A DNA stretch of 36,380 nucleotides from Oscillospiraceae bacterium (GCA_902773255.1 CACYDX010000116.1:1-36380); one strand, 5' to 3'. Counted from the first letter of the stretch, positions 16,822 through 26,058 are shown. Program-made: numbers and translations. Notes: a model not told the origin generated them from the letters alone.

Positions 16822-16836
16822 AATGTTGTCTTCGTC
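16789..16836 (-). terminator. intrinsic terminator of the PfkB kinase gene, overlapping the 3' end of the convergent vWA gene
   Basis: 13-bp perfect stem gacgaagacaaca (16798-16810) / tgttgtcttcgtc (16824-16836). On the minus strand it is followed by TATTTTTCT (16789-16797). The vWA stop codon (16819-16821) lies in the loop. Confidence 0.7.
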
Positions 16837-16853
16837 ATCTGAAGCCAGTAAGA

Positions 16854-17774
16854 TCAGATCTCCAATCCGAGCTCCTGCGGCTGGAACCGCGGGCAGGTGC
16901 TCTCCGAGATGGTTATCACCGAAGCTGCAAGCTGCGTTCCGATCCTGACGGATTCCTCCAGTGTTTTCCCATAGGTCAGTCCTATTGCCACGCCGGCGCA
17001 GAATGCGTCTCCCGCGCCGCTGGTATCCCGCACTTTAACCTTCTCCGGCGGGAAGTACCCGCATTCGCCTTCCGATGATGCGAATACCGAGCCTTTGCTC
17101 CCCATCGTGACTACCATTGAAGGGATGCCCGCCTTTCTTATCCGGTCGAGCAGTTCATCTCTCAGGTCCTCCGGAGTCATATTGGAAAAATCATCCACGA
17201 AAAGGATCCCGGCCTCCTGTAGGTTGCATACAAAGCAATCGATGGACTGCAGAAAATCCCTGCGCTGAGAGGCTATCACCATATTTGAGACCACGCCGAA
17301 CACTTTCTTGCCGTATTTTTCGGCATAGTAAAGGACTTTTTTGACTATGTCCTTATCAAGATCCACTTCAAGGACTATGCTGTCGGCATCTTTGAATATC
17401 TCGTCGCCCTTTTCATCTATCATTCTCTCAAGGGCTTTCGTATCCGGCCGTTTGGATATGGATCCTGCCAGATCTCCCGTATTGTCGAAGACAACGAGCC
17501 AGATACCCATGCTGTCCGGGCTGACAGCGACATAGTCCGTGTTCACCTTGTGCTTCCCCAGTTTCTCGAGCACCTCGGTACCTGTAGCAGTATCATCCAC
17601 CATACTGACGAATGTTGGCCTCAGTTCGACGTTCGCGATATCCTCCGCGACGTTCCGGCCCACTCCGCCGTGCACCATCTCCACCGTGCCCGCATTTCTG
17701 CCGGTCGGATTATACACATCATTGGGAAAACCCTTTATATCCACGAATACGGTCCCGACTATGACTATTCCCAT
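16854..17774 (-). CDS. PfkB-family carbohydrate/nucleoside kinase (pseudouridine-kinase-like)
   Basis: 306 aa with GGVGRNVAEDIA near the N-terminus and the DTSGAGDAFCAG PfkB signature near the C-terminus. A ggagg SD lies upstream. Substrate assignment is tentative. Confidence 0.8.
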   Translation of the reverse strand: MGIVIVGTVFVDIKGFPNDVYNPTGRNAGTVEMVHGGVGRNVAEDIANVELRPTFVSMVDDTATGTEVLEKLGKHKVNTDYVAVSPDSMGIWLVVFDNTGDLAGSISKRPDTKALERMIDEKGDEIFKDADSIVLEVDLDKDIVKKVLYYAEKYGKKVFGVVSNMVIASQRRDFLQSIDCFVCNLQEAGILFVDDFSNMTPEDLRDELLDRIRKAGIPSMVVTMGSKGSVFASSEGECGYFPPEKVKVRDTSGAGDAFCAGVAIGLTYGKTLEESVRIGTQLAASVITISESTCPRFQPQELGLEI

Positions 17775-17854
17775 TTGCGCACCTCCGGCACGAAAGATTC
17801 TCTGTTATTCAATAATATATGACTGCGCAGTTTTTTTCAACTTTCACAGCTTAG

Positions 17855-17893
17855 AAAAAGCACTCAGTTCTCATACAGAACTGAGTGCTTTTT
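17855..17893 (-). terminator. intrinsic terminator after the C11 peptidase gene
   Basis: 16-bp perfect stem aaaaagcactcagttc / gaactgagtgcttttt with a 7-nt loop and flanking A/T runs. It lies 10 nt past the stop of the 957-aa ORF. Confidence 0.8.
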
Positions 17894-17902
17894 AAGTTTT
17901 TC

Positions 17903-20776
17903 TTATTTTGTTACGGGCATTACGGGAGTCCAGTAATTCTGATCATAGATATCGGTGAATCTGTACACTGCATTTGCTTTTGACGTGTCGGGCAGATATA
18001 CATATGTGATCTCAAGTTCCCCGTTATATGTAATGCTGTCGCCGAAAACGTAGCTGTCGAGGTACTCTCCGCTGTAGCTGTAATAGTCGCAGACAAAGTC
18101 TATCTTATCACCCTTCTTCAGCGCGAACAGATCTCCGATTCCGGAAGCTTTACCATACTTTATGCTGTCGCCTTCAGTATAACTTCCGATAGTTCCGCTC
18201 AAATCAGGGATAAGCCCCTTAGCTACAGTCTCCGTTTCCCCTTTATTATAAACTCTGCGTGCGCCCGCCACATAGCCTGTGGTATGGTCATTGTCGAACA
18301 CAAGGACAAGTTCGGCTCTGTCTCCGTTCAGGAGGATCGGGACCCTTCCGGTCATAGTCCAGTTTTCTCCGTCGTCCACGGTGTCCTCATGGTAATAAGC
18401 CACGGCTCTGCCGTTTATAGCGGTCCAGGTTCCGTCATAGTTTCCTGACAGCGCGCCTTCATCGGATATCTCAAAAGAATTGTCAAGTCCGAGATCTATG
18501 AAACCTTCACCGTCATCATAGAAAACGTTGAGTTCAAGATCATGAACGAGGGCCCACTGGTCGCCGCTGAGAGTAATTGTAAGATTACCTCTGCCGTCGT
18601 CCTGCCATATGAGCGCATCATAATCGAAGTGGTTTGCCGCTATGTAGTCTGCAGCATCATCCACGCTGAGGCTCCTGCCGAGGAATCCGGAACTGTCCTC
18701 TATGCCTTTGATCCCTCTGTAGCTGCCGGAGAGCAGTTCGGAAAGCAGTCCTGTAAGGAGATCCGTGGACGAGTAGTAATCGGAGCTTGAATAGCCGGAA
18801 GAAGCTCCGCCTGAATATGATGAACCGCTCGAACCGTAGCCGTATCCTGAACTATAGCCCGAGCCGTAACCCGAACTGTAACCTGACCCGTAGCCTGAGC
18901 TTGAACCAGAGCCGGAAGATCCGTAACTTCCGTAGCTCCCGTAACCGGAGAGATCGCCGAACAGAGAATACAGCGGATTGGTGCTTCCGCCGGATGCCGC
19001 TTGACCACCGGTCTCAAGGCTTGCGAATTCCTGACAGGCCTTCATGTAGTCATCGTCGAGTCCGAGGCTGTTGTAGAGCGATGAAGCTTTGTCAACATAT
19101 GACAGCTTCCTGTAAGGGAAATATATCGAAAGGCCGTACGCGTCGGTCATATTGGAGGAAGTCTGATTGTACTTCACCGCTCCGAGCAGCACATCAACGA
19201 GGTCCTTTGCCTCATCAGTGCCCACATTGTTTGCAAAGCTTACAAGGTCTATCTGGTCTATCTTGGTGGATGTCGCAAACTCCCTCGCGCTGCTGCGGGC
19301 GTCGGATACGGTCTTGTAATTATCTTCCGAGATAAGCCCTGAAATCGAAGTCGCAAAGTTTTTCAGGCTGTCCGGCGCGGTCTTTTCAAGTTCAGCCAGA
19401 TCCACCACAGAGAGCGTTGCTTTCTGACCTGCAGCATATCTTGCACTGTAGTTTACAAAGTCATCTACTATGACCTTGCCCAGCTCCAGCGTGGGAACTG
19501 ATGTGTTCTTGGAAATATTGGTTATCCAGTTGGTGTAATACCAGCCATAGCCCGGCTCTGTCTCCTCCGAGGCTATCAGATAGTCAGCATAGTCAGCGCA
19601 GACAAGGCCTGTCTCCACCGTCGCCATAAGGCAGGCGTCAAAACCGATGAAGTCAAAGTCCACACCGCCGTTCCGGAGAGCCGTCTGGATCCCTGCAAGA
19701 GTCATGGAGGAACTGGATGAATATTTCTGGTCATAGCCGTAGCCGCTGATAGATCCGCCGCCGTGGTCCCATAGGATGAGCATGTTGCGGTTCGCCGGGA
19801 AGTTCGTGTCGCAGTACTGGATAAAGGTGGAAAGAGTATCAGGGTTTGTCATGGAGCCGGTGCCCATGTTGTCCTCCAGGCGCTTTATGGATCCCGCACC
19901 GACCTTGTATATCTGGTTTTTGGTATTGCTTATCCCGCTGGTCTGCCATCTCGTACAGCCGCCGGTATATACAATGATGTTGACCTTATCGTCTATCGTG
20001 GCCTGCGCCATCTCCCTCAGGTCGGATGACGCCATTCCGCTCTGGGATTCAAGGTCCGTGCCGCACATGTATACCATCACGGTGACCTTGTCCTTGCCGT
20101 TGCCCTTTATGGTGGTGAACTTTTTGCGGGCACCGGAAACAACGGAATTATCCAGTTTTCCGGTATTGCTCGAAAGCGACCAGCCGGATGATACGCTGCT
20201 GTTGCTGTAGCCCGAGTTGCCAAAGAGGCTGCTGTAGCTGTATCCGTTGCCGTAGCCATAGCCCGAGGACGAGCCGTAGCCCGAGCTGCTGCTTGAACTG
20301 CTGCCGCTGCTGTTTTGGCCGAAGATAGATCCGTAGCCGTAGCCGCCTGGCTTGTCGTTTGTGGGAAGGGTCTCAAGGCCTCCGGAACTGCTGCTGGAGG
20401 AAGTGCCGCTTGAGCTGCTGTATGAACCGGACTGGCTGCTGTATGAGCCCGATGAGGAACCGTAATCCGATACACCGCCGGATGAGCAGCTCCTGATGAG
20501 GAAAAATGCGATGATAATGATGACGATGATCATTATCGGACTCAGTTTCAGGCCCACCCTTCTCGATCTCACAGGAACGCCGGGTACTGCCGTACGCTTA
20601 TCCGGCTGATGCGGGACATGCGGTACGTTGCCGGGGATCCCGCTGCCTGTTCCCGGCCTGCCGCTGTATCCGTGCTGATTACCTACAGGGCCGGTACCGA
20701 GCCCCTGTCCTTTTTTATCGATGCTGCCGCTCTTGCCGCTTATGTTTTTCTCTCTGCCTCTCGGAGTTCCAGCCAT
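17903..20776 (-). CDS. membrane-anchored clostripain-like (peptidase C11) protein with two Ser/Gly/Tyr low-complexity regions and an unassigned C-terminal domain
   Basis: 957 aa. The N-terminal Gly/Pro/basic segment is followed by a TM helix (IMIIVIIIIAFFLI, about aa 80-95). The C11 core spans about aa 228-560, with the His/Cys dyad context MLILWDHGGG (His338) and FIGFDACLMA (Cys382). Confidence 0.85.
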   Translation of the reverse strand: MAGTPRGREKNISGKSGSIDKKGQGLGTGPVGNQHGYSGRPGTGSGIPGNVPHVPHQPDKRTAVPGVPVRSRRVGLKLSPIMIIVIIIIAFFLIRSCSSGGVSDYGSSSGSYSSQSGSYSSSSGTSSSSSSGGLETLPTNDKPGGYGYGSIFGQNSSGSSSSSSSGYGSSSGYGYGNGYSYSSLFGNSGYSNSSVSSGWSLSSNTGKLDNSVVSGARKKFTTIKGNGKDKVTVMVYMCGTDLESQSGMASSDLREMAQATIDDKVNIIVYTGGCTRWQTSGISNTKNQIYKVGAGSIKRLEDNMGTGSMTNPDTLSTFIQYCDTNFPANRNMLILWDHGGGSISGYGYDQKYSSSSSMTLAGIQTALRNGGVDFDFIGFDACLMATVETGLVCADYADYLIASEETEPGYGWYYTNWITNISKNTSVPTLELGKVIVDDFVNYSARYAAGQKATLSVVDLAELEKTAPDSLKNFATSISGLISEDNYKTVSDARSSAREFATSTKIDQIDLVSFANNVGTDEAKDLVDVLLGAVKYNQTSSNMTDAYGLSIYFPYRKLSYVDKASSLYNSLGLDDDYMKACQEFASLETGGQAASGGSTNPLYSLFGDLSGYGSYGSYGSSGSGSSSGYGSGYSSGYGSGYSSGYGYGSSGSSYSGGASSGYSSSDYYSSTDLLTGLLSELLSGSYRGIKGIEDSSGFLGRSLSVDDAADYIAANHFDYDALIWQDDGRGNLTITLSGDQWALVHDLELNVFYDDGEGFIDLGLDNSFEISDEGALSGNYDGTWTAINGRAVAYYHEDTVDDGENWTMTGRVPILLNGDRAELVLVFDNDHTTGYVAGARRVYNKGETETVAKGLIPDLSGTIGSYTEGDSIKYGKASGIGDLFALKKGDKIDFVCDYYSYSGEYLDSYVFGDSITYNGELEITYVYLPDTSKANAVYRFTDIYDQNYWTPVMPVTK
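18767..19003 (-). repeat. coding low-complexity tract 2 (Ser/Gly/Tyr-rich, about aa 592-670 of the C11 protein)
   Basis: The translation reads ...GDLSGYGSYGSYGSSGSGSSSGYGSGYSSGYGSGYSSGYGYGSSGSSYSGGASSGYSSSDYYSS, with near-tandem GYGSGYSS units. Confidence 0.85.
20162..20485 (-). repeat. coding low-complexity tract 1 (Ser/Gly/Tyr-rich, about aa 98-205 of the C11 protein)
   Basis: The translation reads ...GSSSGSYSSQSGSYSSSSGTSSSSSSGG...GGYGYGSIFGQNSSGSSSSSSSGYGSSSGYGYGNGYSYSSLFGNSGYSNSS... The DNA is rich in repeated agc/gta/gcc-type codon strings. Confidence 0.85.
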
Positions 20777-20901
20777 TAAACATCCCTCGCTTTACATGCT
20801 GAGATTACTGAATGATTAATATTACCATTGAAGCATTGAAAATTCAACGCTTATATGTTAAAGCTTCGTTAACGCTGACCTTCCGTCTTTCGCTCTTCTG
20901 C

Positions 20902-20929
20902 TGGACATTTCTGCAGAATCTGTTAAAAT
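20902..20929 (+). promoter_or_regulatory. possible promoter of the MATE gene
   Basis: TGGACA (20902-20907), a 16-nt spacer, then TAAAAT (20924-20929) preceded by TGt (extended -10). Confidence 0.35.
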
Positions 20930-20977
20930 TGTGTGTGAGGGCAGTCGCCTGCCTGTTTTCCGAAGGGAGCAATCATC

Positions 20978-22345
20978 TTGGAAAGAAAAAAGAGCTTCGT
21001 AACTGACTTTACCTCCGGGCCTATAGCCTCCTCTCTGCTCAGATTTGCCACCCCTCTCTTTCTGGCAAGTCTGCTTCAGGCTGTATACAATATGGTGGAC
21101 ATGATCATCGTCGGTCATGTGATGGGAAAGGTCGGTTTATCGGGAGTTTCTGTCGGCGGTGATCTTATCGCTTTTCTGACTTTCATCGCCATGGGCTTTT
21201 CAAACGCAGGCCAGGTGATCATATCTCAGTATCTCGGAGCCGGAAGACGCGACAGGATCAGCAGATTCGTTGCAGTTTTATATTCTTTTCTGATATGCTT
21301 CGCCCTTGTGTCCGGGCTGCTTTTCTTCCTGCTTCGCGGGCAGTTGCTCAGGCTGATGAACACTCCTCCCGAAGCTTGGCAGGAAGCATATAACTATATG
21401 ACCATATGCCTTTACGGCCTTGTGTTCATCTTCGGCTACAACGCCTCCAGCGCCGTGCTCAGAGGCCTCGGCGATTCCAGACATCCTTTTCTGTTCATAG
21501 GGATAGCCTCGGTCACAAATGTTTTTCTCGACCTGCTGTTCGTCATGGGCTTCGGCATGGGAGCGGGCGGCGCCGCTCTTGCGACCGTGATAAGTCAGGC
21601 TTTCAGCTTCGTAGCCTGCGCTGTGCTTGTCGTCCGCCGGAGGGATCTCTTCGGACTCTCATTCTCACTTTCCGATTTCGTCAGACCGGACAGAAATATG
21701 CTGTCCTCTCTGCTCAGGCTCGGCATACCCATGGCGCTCAAATCAATGTCCGTTCAGGTAAGCAAGCTGTTCGTTAACTCCTTCATCAATTCCTACGGTG
21801 TAGCGGTCTCCGCGTTCGCCGGCATAGCCAACAAGATCGCTGTGATCTCGAATATGCTCAGCAGCTCTCTCAACACCTCCGGGTCCACCATGATCGGCCA
21901 GAACCTCGGCGCGAAGAACTATGAACGGGTCCCGAAAATAATCCGCACGGTCATGCTCCTGTCCCTTCTTATTGGGACTGTCCTTTCCGCGGTGCTCGTA
22001 TTTTTCCCGCAGCAGCTGTTCAGTATTTTCACCACTGATCCCGATGTTATATCCATAGGCCTGACATATATTCCGATAGGAGTTCTCCTTTTCTACGGCG
22101 CTGCTGTGCGCACCCCGTCAAACGCACTTATAAACGGCTCCGGCAATTACAAGGTCAACCTCCTATGTGCCATTCTGGATGCTATCGTTATGCGTTTGGG
22201 CCTGGCGATCCTGTTCGGACTTGGCCTCGGCATGAAGCACATGGGTTTCTGGCTCGGCGACGCGCTTGCCGGCTACACTCCGTTTGTAATATTCCTCTTC
22301 TTCTATTTCTCCGGGAAATGGAAAAAGAACATAGTGGACGATTAA
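20978..22345 (+). CDS. MATE family efflux transporter
   Basis: 455-aa 12-TM-type protein. The N-terminus GPIASSLLRFATPLFLASLLQAVYNMVDMIIVGH is typical of MATE/NorM proteins. The apparent start is a TTG at 20978, with a gggag SD 8 nt upstream. Confidence 0.88.
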   Translation: MERKKSFVTDFTSGPIASSLLRFATPLFLASLLQAVYNMVDMIIVGHVMGKVGLSGVSVGGDLIAFLTFIAMGFSNAGQVIISQYLGAGRRDRISRFVAVLYSFLICFALVSGLLFFLLRGQLLRLMNTPPEAWQEAYNYMTICLYGLVFIFGYNASSAVLRGLGDSRHPFLFIGIASVTNVFLDLLFVMGFGMGAGGAALATVISQAFSFVACAVLVVRRRDLFGLSFSLSDFVRPDRNMLSSLLRLGIPMALKSMSVQVSKLFVNSFINSYGVAVSAFAGIANKIAVISNMLSSSLNTSGSTMIGQNLGAKNYERVPKIIRTVMLLSLLIGTVLSAVLVFFPQQLFSIFTTDPDVISIGLTYIPIGVLLFYGAAVRTPSNALINGSGNYKVNLLCAILDAIVMRLGLAILFGLGLGMKHMGFWLGDALAGYTPFVIFLFFYFSGKWKKNIVDD

Positions 22346-22368
22346 TTGTACCCACTTATGAAAAGACG

Positions 22369-22394
22369 AAGGCCGCAGCTGAAGCTGCGGCCTT
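22369..22394. terminator. bidirectional terminator between the convergent MATE and ABC permease genes
   Basis: 11-bp perfect stem aaggccgcagc / gctgcggcctt with a tgaa loop. T-rich sequence follows on both strands. Confidence 0.75.
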
Positions 22395-22425
22395 TCTCGA
22401 TTATTCAGTTTTTCCTTGCAGAGTG

Positions 22426-23379
22426 TCAGTCCTCTTTCATCCTGAGAGCTTTCTGGTAGTTATCATATGCTATCGCTCCAACAAGCAGTACGCCTTTCAC
22501 GATGTACTGAGTATAGATAGTTCCACCCATCATCTGGATACCGTTGGCAATGACTCCTATAACGAGCACGCTCACAATAACACTGAGTATGTTGCCGCCG
22601 CCTCCTGAAAAGGAGATGCCTCCGAGTATGCATGCAGTGAAGCAGCTGAACATGGCGTCAGCTGCGATGGAGGCGTTGGCGCTGCCTGTACGTGCGGTAA
22701 GAACTATCGCAGAAACCGCCACAAACAGACCTGCGGTTAGGAATATGAGAAGTCTGACCTTTTTTGTGTTGACGCCGGCCAGTCTCGTTGCCTCTTCATT
22801 CCCGCCGATAGAATAGACATATCGCCCGAAATAAGTCTTGTTAAGAATGAAGTAGCCTATCGCAACTGCCACCAGCATTATTATTACGCAGATTGGGATC
22901 GGTCCGATATAACCCTGACCTATTTTTTTGAATGCAGCCGGGAAATTGAAATACGTCTCGGAATTTGACCAGACATATGCAATACCCTGATATATCGTCA
23001 TGGTGGCCATCGTTGCCACCATAGGATGTACTTTGAGCTTTATTGCGCAAAGTCCGTTCACTGAGCCAAGCAGCGCACCGACCGCAAGCGTGATAAGCAG
23101 GGATGGCACCACCGGAACAGAGGCCTTCGTCATCAGCTTGCCCAGCAGAACGCTCAGGATACCTATCTGGAACGAGACTGAAAGATCGGCGCCGGAAGAT
23201 ATCATTATCATTGCGATACCTATCGTAGCAATTATAAGATATGAATTCTGCACCAGAATGTTTGTCAGATTGAGTACCGTAAAAAATCTCGGCGCTGCGA
23301 TCGCGAAAAATATGATCGAAAGTGCAAGAAGTATAAACAGGTAGTATTTTTCAACTATTCTTCTGATCGATTTTCCCAT
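22426..23379 (-). CDS. sugar ABC transporter permease (CUT2 / RbsC-like)
   Basis: 317-aa polytopic protein with the BPD_transp_2-like pattern (GGIDLSV-like SGADLSVSF, ...ARLAGVNTKKV...). It lies 13 nt downstream of the ATPase gene. Confidence 0.88.
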   Translation of the reverse strand: MGKSIRRIVEKYYLFILLALSIIFFAIAAPRFFTVLNLTNILVQNSYLIIATIGIAMIMISSGADLSVSFQIGILSVLLGKLMTKASVPVVPSLLITLAVGALLGSVNGLCAIKLKVHPMVATMATMTIYQGIAYVWSNSETYFNFPAAFKKIGQGYIGPIPICVIIMLVAVAIGYFILNKTYFGRYVYSIGGNEEATRLAGVNTKKVRLLIFLTAGLFVAVSAIVLTARTGSANASIAADAMFSCFTACILGGISFSGGGGNILSVIVSVLVIGVIANGIQMMGGTIYTQYIVKGVLLVGAIAYDNYQKALRMKED

Positions 23380-23392
23380 TTCTGTCTCTCCT

Positions 23393-24868
23393 TTATTCAG
23401 CAGACATCAGTGCCAGCAATTTTTCCTGATTGAACTCTTCTCTGTGGAGTTCTCCTGTAATTCTGCCCTCGCACAATGTATAGATTCTGTCTGACATCCC
23501 GATCAGCTCCTCCATGTCGGAACTGATCATCAGAATAGCTTTGCTCTGGCAGGCAAGATCATCGAGCAGCTTATATATCTCAGCCTTTGCTCCAACGTCA
23601 ATGCCTCTTGTCGGCTCGTCGAATATCAGCAGCCTCGAATCATTTACAAGTGTTCTTGCCAGTACGACTTTCTGCTGATTTCCTCCGGAGAGGAATTGAA
23701 CAAGCTGATTCCTCTTAGGTGTTTTGATTCTGAGTTTTTCTATATATTCGTCTGCCTCTTCGGAAACCTTCCTGCTGTTGACCACCAGGTGACTTGAGAT
23801 CCTGGGCAGATGTGTCAGCGCTATGTTCCAGTCTATACCGTATTGCAGAAGTACGCCCTGCCTTTTCCTGTCTTCCGGGATAAGTCCGATACCAAGGTTT
23901 ATGGCATCTTTTGTGGACTTTATCTCCGCCTTTTCGCCTTCCAGCAGGATGTCGCCCGATCTCATTTTATCCGCTCCGAAAAGCATTCTGGCAAGTTCGG
24001 TTCTTCCGGCACCTATAAGCCCCGCGAGTCCTACGATCTCTCCTTTGTTTACATGCAGGCTGATATCCGAATCACCGTTGCCGCATACATTCTTCAGTTC
24101 GAGCATCGGTTCGTTCAGGCTTTTTCTGGTCCTCGGGAAAACGTCGCTGATCTCTCTGCCTACCATGTATTTAATCAGTTCGTTCCTGTTGGTTTCCTTT
24201 GTTATAAGCGTAGTGATATATTTGCCGTCGCGCATGACCGTCACTCTGTCGGAAATGCGGAATATCTCGTCCATCCTGTGAGAGATGTAAATGATGGAAA
24301 CGCCTTTGGTCTTAAGTTTTTCGATCAGAGAAAAGAGGATCTCCGTCTCGTCTTCCGTCAGCGGTGCCGTAGGTTCGTCGAGGATGAGGATCTTTACTTC
24401 CTTCGAAACCGATTTTGCGATCTCAACCAGCTGCTGCTGTGCAGTTGACAGCTCAAGAACGAGCTTCTTGGGATTGATACTGACGTTCAGTTCGTCAAAT
24501 ACCTTTTTTGTTTTTTCCTCAAGGAGCTTAAAGTTCACAAGCTTCCCGTATTTTGCGCCGAAGCAGACGTTTTCGGCCACAGTCAACCCGTCTATGAGGT
24601 TCAGTTCCTGATATACGACCTCTATCCCGAGGCTTCTCGACAAGGCCGGGGTCATTGCGGAGTATTCCTTCCCCTCAATGATAATAGTCCCTTCTTCCGG
24701 AGTGACAGCGCCGCAAAGACATTTTATGAGCGTTGACTTCCCGGCTCCGTTCTCTCCGACTATAGCATGCACCTCGCCCTTTTTCAGATCAAAGGACAGT
24801 TTGTCCAATGCTACGACTCCGGGATATCTTTTTGTTATATCCTTTACTTCAAGAATCATTTCTTGCAT
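23393..24868 (-). CDS. sugar ABC transporter ATP-binding protein (duplicated ABC domains, RbsA/MglA-like)
   Basis: 491 aa with two Walker A motifs (GENGAGKST, GLIGAGRTE), signature motifs (LSTAQQQLVEIA, LSGGNQQKVVLA) and Walker B motifs (ILILDEPT, LLIFDEPT). Confidence 0.95.
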   Translation of the reverse strand: MQEMILEVKDITKRYPGVVALDKLSFDLKKGEVHAIVGENGAGKSTLIKCLCGAVTPEEGTIIIEGKEYSAMTPALSRSLGIEVVYQELNLIDGLTVAENVCFGAKYGKLVNFKLLEEKTKKVFDELNVSINPKKLVLELSTAQQQLVEIAKSVSKEVKILILDEPTAPLTEDETEILFSLIEKLKTKGVSIIYISHRMDEIFRISDRVTVMRDGKYITTLITKETNRNELIKYMVGREISDVFPRTRKSLNEPMLELKNVCGNGDSDISLHVNKGEIVGLAGLIGAGRTELARMLFGADKMRSGDILLEGEKAEIKSTKDAINLGIGLIPEDRKRQGVLLQYGIDWNIALTHLPRISSHLVVNSRKVSEEADEYIEKLRIKTPKRNQLVQFLSGGNQQKVVLARTLVNDSRLLIFDEPTRGIDVGAKAEIYKLLDDLACQSKAILMISSDMEELIGMSDRIYTLCEGRITGELHREEFNQEKLLALMSAE

Positions 24869-24900
24869 CCTGTGTCCCTCGCTATCATATCATTGCAGGA

Positions 24901-24932
24901 AAACCGGGTACCACCGTGGTGATACCCGGTTT
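24901..24932 (-). other. intra-operon stem-loop between the binding-protein and ATPase genes
   Basis: The stem aaaccgggta / tacccggttt encloses a further self-complementary ccaccgtggtg core. On the minus strand it is followed by TTTTCC. This is typical of differential-expression hairpins placed after ABC binding-protein genes. Confidence 0.6.
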
Positions 24933-24944
24933 GGTGTCAGCTGA

Positions 24945-25982
24945 TCAATAACCGGTCTCGTCGAGATTATCAGCTGTGATCTTTGCCATGTCCACCGGAG
25001 AATAGTGATCGACAGGTTCGTCATGGAGGAGTTTATCCATCTGTTCTACCTGTGTCTGAAGATTGCCTTCTATGGCTCCGCCGTTCATGATGCATCCAAA
25101 GAGATAGCCTTCTCTGATGTAGTTAGCAAGTTCGGCATCCATCTCGGTCGCCACAACGCACATCGCTGCGGGATCTTTAACAGGGCTTGCCTCTGAAAGC
25201 GTATACGCCAGGACACCTTTTGCGTATTCACCGCCCGGAGTAGCGATGCAGTCGATCTGGTCGTACTTCGCAAACATGTTTTCAGTGGTTGACTGTGCTG
25301 CTGCAGTGCTGTCCTGCATGGCGACTGCTTCAAGGATCTCGAATCTGGGATCGCTTGCTATCTTTGCCTGAAGAGATTCAAATCTCGTCTTCTGAGAAGT
25401 GGAATCTGTATTGCCGTATACAATGGTCTTTATAGAGCCAGGGGCGGCATCCTTATGATATTTATCAGCCCATGCGATAACGAGCTCTCCTATACTTGTT
25501 CCGCAGGCCACTTCATCAGTCCCGCGGAACACATCGCATGAAGCCTCGCCCGGATCCTGGACGAATGAATAAACCTTTACGCCCTTCTGCCTTGCGGCAG
25601 CACAGGCATCAGCTATGATGTCCCCGCTGAGCGGCCATGTCCAGATGAGATCGGAACCACCTGCGACTGCATTTTCGATCTGGGTGATCATCGTTACCGG
25701 ATCAAAGTTGCTCGACTGGCTTTCATATGTATAGCCAAGCGCCTCCAGTTTTTCCTTGAGTATCGTATCCAAAATGGTGAAGTACTCGCCCTCGAGAGTA
25801 AAGAACAGGGCTGTTACCTTTTTCCCCGAGCCGCTCAAGGTCTCCGTTGCGGCATCCGCCGCTGCCTGAGGATCTGCAGCAGGCGCCGGTGCTGCGGTCT
25901 GCGGCGCTGCATTTGATCCGCATCCTGCAAACAGGGATATGACCATAATGGCTGCAAGGATAAATGCAAGTGTTTTTTTCAT
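24945..25982 (-). CDS. sugar ABC transporter substrate-binding lipoprotein (periplasmic binding protein type I)
   Basis: It has a signal peptide with a lipobox (MKKTLAFILAAIMVISLFAGCGS) and a Pro/Ala linker. The PBP1-like body fits the gene order SBP-ATPase-permease. An aaggag SD lies upstream. Confidence 0.85.
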   Translation of the reverse strand: MKKTLAFILAAIMVISLFAGCGSNAAPQTAAPAPAADPQAAADAATETLSGSGKKVTALFFTLEGEYFTILDTILKEKLEALGYTYESQSSNFDPVTMITQIENAVAGGSDLIWTWPLSGDIIADACAAARQKGVKVYSFVQDPGEASCDVFRGTDEVACGTSIGELVIAWADKYHKDAAPGSIKTIVYGNTDSTSQKTRFESLQAKIASDPRFEILEAVAMQDSTAAAQSTTENMFAKYDQIDCIATPGGEYAKGVLAYTLSEASPVKDPAAMCVVATEMDAELANYIREGYLFGCIMNGGAIEGNLQTQVEQMDKLLHDEPVDHYSPVDMAKITADNLDETGY

Positions 25983-26029
25983 TCTGTATCTCCTTTATTT
26001 ATAATATTAATTAAAAGGGTACCGTAAAA

Positions 26030-26058
26030 ACTATAGAATATCCGATGTTATCTGTCAA
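26030..26058 (-). promoter_or_regulatory. putative sigma-A promoter of the ABC operon
   Basis: On the minus strand: TTGACA (26058-26053), a 17-nt spacer, then TATAGT (26035-26030). It lies about 45 nt upstream of the SBP start. Confidence 0.5.

Noticed and set aside
18700-20475. ORFs in other frames or on the other strand across the Ser/Gly/Tyr tracts: 20107-20475 (-), 18700-19017 (-), 18787-19335 (+) and 19776-20210 (+).
   Set aside because: They are frame-shifted readings of repetitive AGC/GGC/TAC-type codon runs, giving Ala/Thr- or Arg/Ser-rich strings. The 957-aa frame is continuous and contains the C11 catalytic dyad, so these are artefacts.
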